A DNA stretch of 64,000 nt, from assembly GCF_009914755.1 (NCBI RefSeq), contig NC_060936.1; one strand, given 5' to 3'. Each line of letters starts with the position of its first letter. Position 1 is the stretch's first letter. The notes beneath the pieces were generated by a model. That model was given only the letters and a program-made list of their open reading frames with translations, had not been told where the DNA came from and made no database searches. Source of the DNA: the human T2T-CHM13v2.0 reference genome, Homo sapiens. This document shows, in pieces, positions 53,001 to 64,000 of the stretch. The position numbers were made by a program, and so were the translations under genes.

Positions 53001-54715
53001 ATAATAACATAGAGTGTAAATGAACTAAATTCTCCAATAATAAAAAATAGAGTGACTGAATAGATTTTAAAAAAATAGAGTGGCTGAATGGATAAAAAAG
53101 AAAACAGACCAAATGATCTGTTTCCTACAATAAACACACTCTACCTATAAAGATACATATTGACTGAAATTAAAGGGATGTAAGTAGATATTCCATGCCA
53201 ATGGAAATGGATAAAGGGCAGAAGTAGCTATACTTATATCAGACAAAATGGATTTCAAGACAACAATGGTAAGAAAAGACAAAGAAGGTCATTATAGAAT
53301 AATAAGGGGGTCAACTCAGCAAGAGGATATGACAGTTGTAAATACATATGCACCCAACACTGGAGCACCCAGATATATAAAGCAAATATTATAAGAGCTA
53401 AAGAGAGAGATAGGCCCCAATGCAATAATAGCTGGAGATTTCAACACCCCTCTTTCAGCATTGGATAGATCTCTGAGACAGAAAATCAAGAACACAATGT
53501 TGGACTTAATCTGCACTATAGAACAAGTAAACCTAATAGATACTTACAGAAAATTTTATCCAATGGCTGCAGAATACACATTTTTCTTAGCACACAGATC
53601 ATTCTCAAAAATACACCATATGTTAGGTCACAAAACAAGTCTTAAAAGATTTAAAAAATTGAAATAATATCAAGCATCTTCTATGACCATGCTGGAATAA
53701 AACTACAAATCAATAACAAGAGGAATTTTGGACACTATACAAGCACATGGAAATTAAACAATGTGCTCCTGAATGACCAGTGGGTCAATGAAGAAATTAA
53801 GAAGGAAATAAAAAAAATTTCTTGAAACAAATGATAACAGGAACACAACATACCAAAACCTATGGGATACAGCAAAAGCAGTAGTAAGGGGGAAGTTTAT
53901 AGCTATAAGTGCTTACATCAAAAAGGAAGAAAAACTTCAAATAAATAATCTAAAAATGCATTTTTAAAGAATTGGAAAAGAAGAGCAAACCAAACCCAAA
54001 ATAAGTAGAAGAAAAGAAATAATAAAAGTCGGAGCAGAAATAAATGAAATTGAAATGACAAAAACAATACAAAAGATCATCGAAATGAAAAGTGGGGTTT
54101 TTTTTGAAAAGATAAACAAAATTGACAAACCTTTAGCCAGATTAAAAAAAAGAGAAGACCTAAATAAATAAAATCATAGATGAAAAAGGAGACATTACTG
54201 ATACCACAGAAATTCAAAGGATCATTAATGACGACTGTGAGCAACTATATGCCCCAAATTGACAAATCTAGAATAAATGGGTAAATTTCTAGACACAACC
54301 TACTAAGATTGAACCATAAAGAAATCCAAAACCTGAACAGACCAATAAAATGTAACAAGATTTAAGCTGTAAAAAAAAAACCTCCCAGCAAGAGAAACCT
54401 GGGACCTGATGGCTTCACTGCTGAATTCTACCAAACATTTAAAGAAAAGCTAATACCAATCCTACTCAAACTATTTTGAAAAATAGAAGAGGAGGAAATA
54501 ATTCAAAACTCATTCTACAAGGCTGGTATCACCCTTATACCAAAACCAGACAAAGGCACACACGCAAAAAGAAAACTACAGACCAATATCCCTAATGAAT
54601 GATAACGCAAAAATCCTCAACAAAATCTTGCAAACTGAATTTATCAACACATTAAAAAGATCATTCATCATGACCAAGTAGGATTTACCCCAGGGATGCA
54701 AGGATGGTTCAAGGT

Positions 54716-54787
54716 TCAACATACACAAATCAATCAGTGTGATACATCATATCAACATACACAAATCAATCAGTGTGATACATCATA
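54716..54787. repeat. Perfect 36-bp tandem duplication in L1MA ORF2
   Basis: tcaacatacacaaatcaatcagtgtgatacatcata x2. Confidence 0.95.
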
Positions 54788-56607
54788 TCATATCAGAATG
54801 AAGGATAAAAACCATATGATCATTTCAACTGATGCTGGAAGATGCATTTGCTAAAAGTCAACTTCTTTTCATAATAAAATCCTCAAAAAACTGGCTTTAA
54901 AAGGAACATGCTTCAACATAAGAGAAGCCATACATGACAGACCCACAGTTAGTATTATACTAAATGATGAAAAACTGAAAGCATTTCTTCTAACATATAG
55001 AACACGACAAGGATGCCTACTGTCACCACTGTTACTCAACAGTACTGGAAGTCCTAGCTTGAGCAATCAGAGAAGAGATGGATATAAAGGGCATCAAAAT
55101 TGGAAAGGAATAAGTAAAATTATCCTTGTTTGCTGATGATATGATCTCATATTTGGAAAATCCTAAGGACTCCACAAGATAACCATTAGAACTAATAAAC
55201 AAAGTCAATAAAGTTTCAGGATACAAAATCAACATCCAAAAATCAGTGGCATTTCTATAGGCCAACAGTGAACAATCTAAAAAAGAAATTAAGAAAGTAA
55301 TCCTATTTACAATAGATAAAAATAAAATACAAATCTTAGGAATTAACTAAAGAAGTGAAAGATCTCTACAATAAAAACTATAAAAACATTGATGAAAGAA
55401 ATTGAAGAAGACACACAAAAATAATGGAAAGATATTTCATATTATGTATTGGAAGAATTGTTATTGTTAAAATGTTCATGCTACCTGAAGCAAGCTACAG
55501 AGTCAATGCAATCCCTATGAAAATACCAATGACATTCTCCACAGAAGTAGAAAAAAGAATCCTAAAACTTATAGGGATCCACAAAAGACCCAGAATTGCC
55601 AAACCTGTCATGAACACAAAGAACAAAACTGGAGTAATCACATTACCTGACTTCAAATTAAACTACAGAGCTATAGTAACCAAAACAACATGATAATGGC
55701 ATAGAAACAGACACATAGACCAATGGAACAGAATACAGGACCAAGAAGCAAATCCATACATCTATAGTAAACTCATTTTCAACAAAGCAAGAACATACAT
55801 TGAGGGAAGGACAGTGTCTCTAAAGCTGCTGGGAAAATGATATCTATATGCAGAACAATGAAACTAGATCCCTATCTCTCATAATATACAAAAATCAAAT
55901 CAAAATGGATTAAAGACAAATCTAATACCTCAAACTATGAAACTGCTTGAAGAAAATATTGGAGAAACCTTCCAGGATATTGGAGTGCGTAAAGATTTCT
56001 TGAGTAATACCCCTTAAGCACAGGAAACCAAAGCAAAAATGAACAAGTGGGATCACGTCAAGTTAAAAAACTTCTGCACAGGAAAAGAAACAGACAATCA
56101 ACGAAGTGAAGAGACAATCCACAGAATGGGAGAAAATATTTGCAAACTACTTTTCTGACAAGGGATTAAAAAACAGAATATATAAGGTACTCAACAACTC
56201 AATAGGAAAATATTTAATAATTTGATTTAAAACTGGGCAAAAGATATGAATGGACATTTCTCGAATGAGGACATAGAAATGGCAAACAGGCATATGAAAA
56301 GGTGCTCAATATCATTGATCATCAGAGAAATGCAAATCAAAACTACAGTGAGATATCTATCATCTCCTCCCAGTTAAAATGGCTTGTATCTAAAAGACAG
56401 GCAATAACAAATGCTGGTGAGGTTGCAGGGAAAAGGGAACCCTCGTACACTGTTGGTGGGAATGTAAATTAATAAAATATATGATCTAGAAATCACACTG
56501 CTAGGTATGTACCCAAAAGAAAGCAAGTCAGTATATTGAAGAGATATCTGTACTCCCATGTTTATTGCAGCACTATTTGCAATAGCCAAGATTTAATAAT
56601 CCATTTT

Positions 56608-59600
56608 AGTGGATCCAGTTTTTTGGGGGACTCAAAACTGATACATTTGGTGGATTCTTTAAGAAAAATAATATAGATATTATGAATATAGAAGTAGGTA
56701 GGAAAATAAATATTTTAAGAATGAAAGGATATAACAAAAACTGTGTTATAAGAAGTTGACAAATACAAACATTATGATAATTTTAAAAATAGTATCTTGA
56801 TTAGTTAACTGCCATACATATACCTATAACAATTATTTTCCCTTTTGTGGTTACATACGTTTTTATCACTTCTTCATATGGAAATATGGGAATATGTTTT
56901 ATAGAAATAATTTAGTATTCCTACCACTATCACACTACCATGATTGATATGATTGATCAATTTTATTTACTTATTTTTTTACTATTGGTAATGTAGAAGT
57001 TTTCTTTCATCTTTACAGCTCATTTTGGCAATATCATGTAAATTTTTAGAATTGTCAAATTTGGTAAAAACTCTGTAAAGTTTTTTTCTTATACATGAGC
57101 TCTGTGAGATTTGAGGACATTTTACATTTTTCTTTTGGTGTGATTAATTTTTAATGTTTTAGAAATTGATGACATTCATTAACCAGTTTATATCTGATAC
57201 CCTTGTTGTGAAGATGTATTATGTTTTAAGTTATTTTCATCAATATAGTATTTTGTATTAAATCAGCAAAAAATTAAAATCATTTGCCATTGTGTTCTAG
57301 TGACCCACTTTCTTTATTAATTTGATTGTAAAGCAGTCTAAGGGCCTATTTATAACTCCTATTGGAAAGTTATATTTTCCTGTTAACACATTACTGCTTT
57401 TGATGTGATACTGTTTTGTTACAGTTTGCATCTCAAAATTAGAATAATTTAAATTTATTTTCTAAATTATTTATATTGATTTTTGTTTCATATCAGTTTA
57501 TTTTGTATTTAAACATTCTCAGTTCTTTAACAAAATAAATACAAAGATGTCAGAAAGAGATCCTTTATATTCATTTTATATGTTTGAATCAGGAGCCCAT
57601 AATTTCATATTTGTTTTTATAAAACTTTTAAAGCATCTTTTAAAATCGGAGTTAAATGTACATGAATTCCACTAACTTTTTCCTTCTCATGTGTTGGAGC
57701 TTTTTAAGTCTTTAAAAATATAGTTCTAGCCTAGGTGACAATGAAACCCGGTCTCTAAAAACATAAGAAATAAAGATAAAAATATATTTTAGAAGTAATT
57801 AAAATATTGTTAATTATGTTGCAAGGTCTTATAATAAGAGAGCATTTCACTACACAAAAACTCTTAAAAATCCAAGTTTGCATGTATTTAAAATACTCCG
57901 TCAAAAAGAGAAACTTGAAAAGAAAATATGATATGTGCAAAATATCAAAGTAATCAACTTCAGGTACTGTGGAGACTGCTTTTTCTCTGTGATATTAGGG
58001 AATAAATCAATCAAGATACATACTCTGTTCTTACATTTTAAAAAAATGCTTGCAGCTGGTCTGTGACAAACAGGAGAATGAAAAGACAAACCATAGACTG
58101 GAATAAAATATGTGCAAAACACATACCTAACTTGTATAAAAATATACAAAGAACTCTTAAAACCCAACAATAAGTAAAAGAACAACCCAATTTAAAAATG
58201 GACAAAAGATTTGGACAGAAATCTCATCAAACAAGATACACAGATGGCAAATAAGCATATGAAAAGATGCTCAACATCATTTGTCATTAGGGACTTGCAA
58301 ATTGAAACAATAATGATATAACATTACCCTCCTATTAGAATGGCTAAAATCCAAAAAACTGACAATAGCAATTGCTAGCCAAGATGAAGGACAGCAGGAA
58401 CTCTCACTTATAGCTGCTGGAAATGCAAAATAGTAAAGTCACTTGGGAAAACAGGTTTGCAATTTCTTATAAATCTAAACATAGTCTTACCATATAATCT
58501 GGCAATGGTGCTCCTAGTTAGTTATCAAAATGAATTGAAAACATGTTCACACAAAAGGTTGCACACTAATGTTTACAGTAGCTTTATTAATAATCATCAA
58601 AAAGTGAAAGCAACCAAGATGTCTTTTCTTTTAGGTGAATCGATAAACAAACTGTGATACATCCTTACAATGAAACATTATTCATTGACAAAAAGAAATG
58701 AGCTATAAAGGCACAAACTACATATATGAATCTTAAATGCATGTTGTTAAATGACAGAAGCCAGCCTGAAAATGTTCATACTGTAGGATTTTAATTATAT
58801 GACATTCTGTAAAAGGTAAAAGACGTTAAAACACCAGTGGTTCATGGAAGTTCAGGGAGAGGGAAGAATCACTGAATACATGAAGAATGAGGGATTTTTT
58901 TAAAGGGTATTTAAATAATTATGTATGATAATATAATGGTGGATACATGACATTATGCATTTGTCAAAATATGTATGTGAGGTCACTTGTTTTATGCTTC
59001 CAGTGTACTTTCAGGAGCATAAAACATGTGACCTGATGTACATATTTTTTAGCTTTGTAACTAAAACAGTTTTGTTAAATTCTATTGTGTTTCTTCATTA
59101 TTAACAACCAAAAAAAGGTTTTTTATGGTTTGTTTATAACTGTATAGTCTACATTACTATTTTCCTGACAGGAGAAAATTTCTGTTTTTGTGAAGCACTA
59201 ATAAAAGCTGAATTTCTACTTAGAATTTCACCCATCAGGGGACTGTTATGATTGTGAGAATTTTCCACAATGGGCTGCCGGGTCCATTCATTTCAAACCT
59301 TGTTTCTCCTCCATTACACACATACTTTTGATGCCAGGTCTATAGGACATGTTCACATCATGATACAGCCTCTGGCCACACACCTTTGGGTCATGATGCC
59401 CTGGTGAGCTGTTGCCATGATCAGTAGGAGTGTTGCTGAAAGCCATTCCCACACGAGAACAGCCACTGATAAATAGAAGTCGCTGCAAATTTTACAAAAA
59501 CGTATTACGATGTGAACACATTCCTAGGTCCCCTCCTGGAACTTATAAATAACCTGGATAAGTAAGAGTTTTTGAAATGTAAGCTTCAGAAAATCATCCT
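56608..59600 (-). mobile_element. Zaphod-type hAT-Tip100 transposon fossil, interrupted by L1MC
   Basis: One end 'ggatccagttttttggggg...ctttaagaaaaataata'; other end 'tttacaaaaac...atgtgaacacattcctagg...aagcttca'; shares blocks with 17405-18407. Confidence 0.7.
58065..58970 (+). mobile_element. L1MC1/2-type 3' fragment
   Basis: 'gagaatgaaaagacaa', 'gatggcaaataagcatatgaaaagatgctcaac', 'cagcaggaactctca', 'ggtggatacatgacattatgcatttgtcaaaa'. Confidence 0.85.
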
Positions 59601-59639
59601 TTAGCTTTTAGGAGTCTTTGAAAGTTATCTTTTTTTTTT

Positions 59640-60720
59640 TCTTCAATATTCAAGGTGCCATAGTAGTCAAGATAATAAGCTAAGAGTGAGAATGGGAACA
59701 AGGTGCGTGTTTTGGAAGAGAAAATAATGTATGAAATAGTCTGTTTTGAGAATAGAACAGCAAATGGACTAGGGAAATATAGTACCTACTTGAAGTTCAT
59801 GGGAAGGAATTTACAGAGAGACCAGTAGACCTGAAGGTGCATTGTGCTCTAGCCATATTAGCCATACAAGTATAGACAAAGAGTGAGTAGAGAATGGGAT
59901 TTGAGCCGGGCTATGGTTTACCAGACAAATACTAGAAAGTGAGAGGGACCAAGGGTGAAGAAGGTGTATGCAGGAGGACAATGATAATGCCAGACCACAG
60001 ATTTTAATAACTGCCTAGGAAGGGAAGAGAGGGCATCAGAGATTGACAGTAGTAAAAAATGGTAGAATCAATAGGTTGACAGGCCCAGTGAGTTAAAGGA
60101 TTGTTAGGATTGGGGTATATGAGGGAGCAAACTGGAAAGATACAAAGTCGTGCTCAGAGATGGAATGAATGCAATTGACACACGAATGGGTTGCAGTTAA
60201 TGGCAACAGCAAGGTGTGTAGGAAGACCATGAGACCGATCGGTTAGAATAGTGTTGAAGGCAAGTTTCCTAGGAGGACAGAAATTCAATAACCTGAAAGT
60301 GAAGAATGTTTAAAGGCCCATTTATGGTTATAGTAACACCCTCAAGAATTAAAGCAATAGTATTATACAAATGAATCCAGTGACAGTTATCCACCTAGGT
60401 GCTAAACCCATCAAGAAACGAGGTGTAAAAACCTGGGAGTTAGTACATGAAAGCAGAAATGAGTGGCAGTGGGTATATAATCTGATAGCAGGAGATTCTA
60501 ATCTACAAGGGTCTAAGGATGAGAAAAGAATGACCCAGAAGCTGCAATGAGGAGCAGGGAACCCACCTCCAGACCCAGTAACACCTGTAGGGGGAATAGA
60601 GCCACCAATTGAGAGTGCTGCTGAGGCTGCTATGTCCTTGGAAGAGAGCTTCATTTAATTTTGAGTTAGGTAATTAACAAAAAGTTCTGATAGTATGTTA
60701 GATTTTGCTGAGTACTGAAA
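59640..60720 (-). mobile_element. L2 internal fragments
   Basis: Purine-rich degenerate L2 ORF-like sequence; weak recognition. Confidence 0.4.
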
Positions 60721-61623
60721 TTCCAAAGGGCACACATTATATTATAATCGTAATGCCTATCTATAATTTCCTGGTTATTATGGTGCAGTGGGTAAAGATT
60801 TATCTAGGCTGATGTAGTGTTCTGCGTTCTCCTAATAAATGAAAGAGATAAAGTTAGAGACTAGTATTGCATATACATGTATATATAGTTTGTACATGCC
60901 AAAAAATTCTAGAAGTTAATGAGGAATAATTAGCAGTGTTTACCTCCAGGGAAACTAACTTTAATGTTCAAGGGGGACTTTTAACTGTATTTTATACCCT
61001 ACTCTAGTGCAATACTGCAGTGTACAGTGTAAAAGAGTTAAAATGTAAATACTTGTTGGCTCCTTGGTATTAAGAAATTGTTAATAACTTTTCTTAGGTA
61101 TAACAAGGGTATCAGGGTTACGCTTTCTGAAAGTTAACAGAGATATACATAGAAATGTTTCCAGATCAAATACTTTTAAGTACTTTCCTGAAAATGATAC
61201 AAAATGGGGAGTGGATAGGGAGTTTAGATAAAACAAGATTATTCAGGAGTTGAGTAAGGTTGAAGTAGGGTTATGGTTATATGAATTTATTACACTATCT
61301 TATCGACTTTTGCATATATTTCAAATTGTCCATAATAAAAATCTTAAAAAATAACTTCTCAGTACAACAGGTGATAGCTATTTAGATCACATTTTGTTTC
61401 AATTCCACTAATAATTTGCACTAAATTTTAGGACTGCAGTTATATTAGCATTTATGGGCCCAACCTTCATGTTGTTTATGGATTAAAGGCAAAAACAATC
61501 AGCAATCCAAAACAAAACAAAACAAAAAAGATGAGATGGCTCAAGTAGAGCCTTGTAGGCTGTGTTGAAGAGTTTGGGCTTTAGCTAAAAAATAATGAGA
61601 AGCCATCCAAGTGTTTTAGCCAG

Positions 61624-61626
<3 letters not shown>

Positions 61627-61663
<37 letters not shown>

Positions 61664-61677
61664 ACACACACACACAC
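61627..61677. repeat. (CA)n microsatellite, one interruption, within an L2 fragment
   Basis: About 25 CA units read directly. Confidence 0.95.
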
Positions 61678-62139
61678 CAGATGTCTCCCTATTATTGACT
61701 ATAATGTGATGAACTGATTGAAAAAGGGTGAAAGTAGAATCATGTGATCAGTTAGGAGGCTATTCTAGTTATCTAGTCATATATTGGTCGAAGTTGGCAA
61801 TATAAAAGGTAAACAGAGGAGAGAGAATCAGCAAATTCTGAAAAGAAATGGTGGGTGAATAAGTGTGGTGTCATATAGCAAGGGTATGTGCTTGAGAGTC
61901 AAATAGCAACCAGTGGTTAAGCAGGATGATTATCTACTGCCTAAATCACAGGATCCGTAGTGCGTTTTGATCTCGTCATTCCTCTTCTCAGAAACAAGCA
62001 AAGGAGTCTAGGCTTCTCAGGGACCCTAAGAATAGTGTCTGCACTCACTGTTACATTGAAGGGTCTGGTCTTATCTCTCCGTGTGTCTTTTTATTTGGTG
62101 TATGCTAAGGACATACCTGTTTGAGTTGGTAAAATAAGC

Positions 62140-62545
62140 TTAGAAATTTTATAACTTCTTTCTATGGAAAATGCTGCCCTGACTGGGCATAATTCTCACT
62201 ATAAAAATTTGTCTCATCCTTCTAAGTATTAGCCCAAACATCAATTCCTCCACAGTCTCCCTTATTCTGTATCCATTTCTCCTTCCTGCATGCCCTAAGC
62301 ACATTAACTGGACCTCTGTTTTGCATGTAGGTATTTACTTCAGGGACTATACATATTATACTGCTTTTCTATATCTGTATCTATTTTCTGTATCTATATC
62401 TATTATAGTGCTTTTCTATATATCTATTGCATTTCTTTTCTCCAGACAAGTTATAAATCTCTTGAAAGCAAACGTCGTGTTAATTCATTTTTTATTTTCC
62501 TTGATTACTTATTTTAGTAATCAATAAATATTTATTGAATTTAAA
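62140..62545 (+). mobile_element. L2 3' end
   Basis: 'ccagacaagttataaatctcttgaaagca...tcaataaatatttattgaat'. Confidence 0.6.
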
Positions 62546-62578
62546 TAATTTCTTATCCCCTTGTGTCCATATTTCAAC

Positions 62579-62689
62579 AAAATCTAGATTAATGACAAAA
62601 GTTTCCATAGAAAATTTTGACTGTAGCTTAATAAAATCTAGATTAATGACAAAAGTTTCCACAGAAAATTTTGACTGTAGCTTAATAAA
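62579..62689. repeat. 54-bp tandem duplication (one mismatch)
   Basis: aaaatctagattaatgacaaaagtttcca(t/c)agaaaattttgactgtagcttaat x2. Confidence 0.96.
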
Positions 62690-62749
62690 TGTTCAACCAT
62701 GTTGTAGACATATGTGATAACCTTAAGATATAAAATGACAGGGTAAATT

Positions 62750-64000
62750 TATGAGAGTGCATAAAATTCTTTATTTAGAACAATAAAGTATATGTATATA
62801 TCATGTAATTTTAAATTCAAACCTGTATAAAAAAGGGTTGGGACATACACCTATTTTAAAAAGTACACATACAGTATATACACATACACATCACATTTTA
62901 CAACCTTTTTTATTTAATTAAATTTCAGTCATAATAGAACTATTTAGAATAGTGTCGACATACATTTACATTATTATATGCAAACTCCAATCTATGACTG
63001 AACTGAGGGTATATCTGCGCATCCATCTAAATTAATACTTTTCAAGTCCATTGATTTAAAAAAATGGTGGCAAGTGGACACTATAATCACATATTAACCC
63101 TTAGAATATAGAATAGAATATTTTGATTGGAAAATTATATTTAGTGAGTATTGTAGCTCAGAGATCAAGTACTGGAAAACGGTGTGGTTTTTAGTTTAAC
63201 AGTTGTTTTAATTTTATTGTTAAAAACATCATAAGGATGTAGTTGGAGATGGCAGTTATAAATAAATTTACAATGCTTAGTAAACATTTCAGGATCACAA
63301 ATATCCATTTTAGCATGGATTATTTCTTGAAAAAAACACCTTGTTATAAAATGAAAGTACCATTATTTTATTTTTACAAACAAAGGCATTTCAAGACTAG
63401 TTAATGGAAAGCAGCAACATTATGAATTGTGTGATCAAACTCCACAAATGAGCTAATTAGAATTTCAATCCGAATGGTTTTATTTTAAAGCCAATTTCAA
63501 AATAATATTGTTTCAAAGATAAGCTGGTTTACTTTAGATTTCTTATCCCACTTTCCAATTTTAAAGTGTAATTAATGAATTACCCCTTTATAAATTGATT
63601 CTAAAATATCTTTTGGCATTCAAAACCTTCATGAGCATTTTACATTTTCTGCTCTTAGTTTTCAATAAAATGAGAAGATTTAAACGCTCACTTTGGTGCA
63701 TTTCCAAATGTTACACACATCTTATAGTTTCTCATCCTGACTAATATGACTAAAACGTACTACTGGTTTTCATTCTTTGGAGGTGATCCAAAATGTTTAT
63801 TCAAGCAAAGGAAAAAGCCATCTCTTGTGTAAATGGTGATCCAATTCACCCTACTTAAGACTGAATTTCACTTTTACTAATGGACACTATTTACATTAGA
63901 AACAAGAACAGCAATGACTTTTTATGGTCAAGATACTTATTCACAGAATCCAGAGTTGGATATTTTGTATGGGTTAGTTTCAATGCTATTTTGTCTTCTT
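62750..64000 (-). other. Probable distal 3'UTR and poly(A) site of an unidentified minus-strand gene extending beyond the window
   Basis: Abrupt switch from repeat-dense to repeat-free AT-rich DNA; minus-strand AATAAA at 62770-62775 with upstream UGUA motifs and a U-rich downstream region; UGUAUAUA at 62875-62882. Confidence 0.55.

Larger units (their letters stand above)
49246..56594 (+). mobile_element. Near full-length L1MA1-3-type element lacking its 3' end
   Basis: 5' 'ggagcaagatggccaaata', long modular 5'UTR, degenerate ORF1, long inter-ORF ('aaatcatctgaaggtataaaactcactggtaatag'), ORF2 from ~52974; stops at 'aatagccaagattt' with no 3'UTR or tail. Confidence 0.85.

Noticed and set aside
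62750-64000. Assigning a gene name to the putative 3'UTR
   Set aside because: I do not recognise the sequence with confidence; it needs a genome alignment.

Overview
Human genomic DNA, identified by an AluYa5 carrying all five Ya5 diagnostic positions. The window is AT-rich, L1-dense and largely intergenic, with no recognisable protein-coding exon and no CpG island. The recognisable ORFs in the track are fragments of L1 ORF1/ORF2, antisense L1 frames, Alu or LTRs. Main elements: a full-length L1PA7 (+) with TSDs inside an ancient L1M; a full-length-sized minus-strand L1 that is a chimera of an L1PA3-type 5'UTR/ORF1 and an L1PA7-type 3' part, with no TSD, orphaned repeat halves on both flanks and an intact ORF0; a 5'-truncated L1PA7; a 3'-truncated L1MA; four full Alus and one monomer; a Y1-RNA retropseudogene inside a MIR; several MaLR/ERV LTRs; and hAT/Tigger fossils. 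The last ~1.25 kb looks like the distal 3'UTR and poly(A) site of an unidentified minus-strand gene. I found no new biological system. The best leads are the chimeric L1 (probable recombination-deletion scar), its ORF0, a 65-bp TSD-flanked orphan insert, and several young tandem duplications. Subfamily calls come from recalled consensus diagnostics, not a database run, and boundaries of old repeats are approximate.
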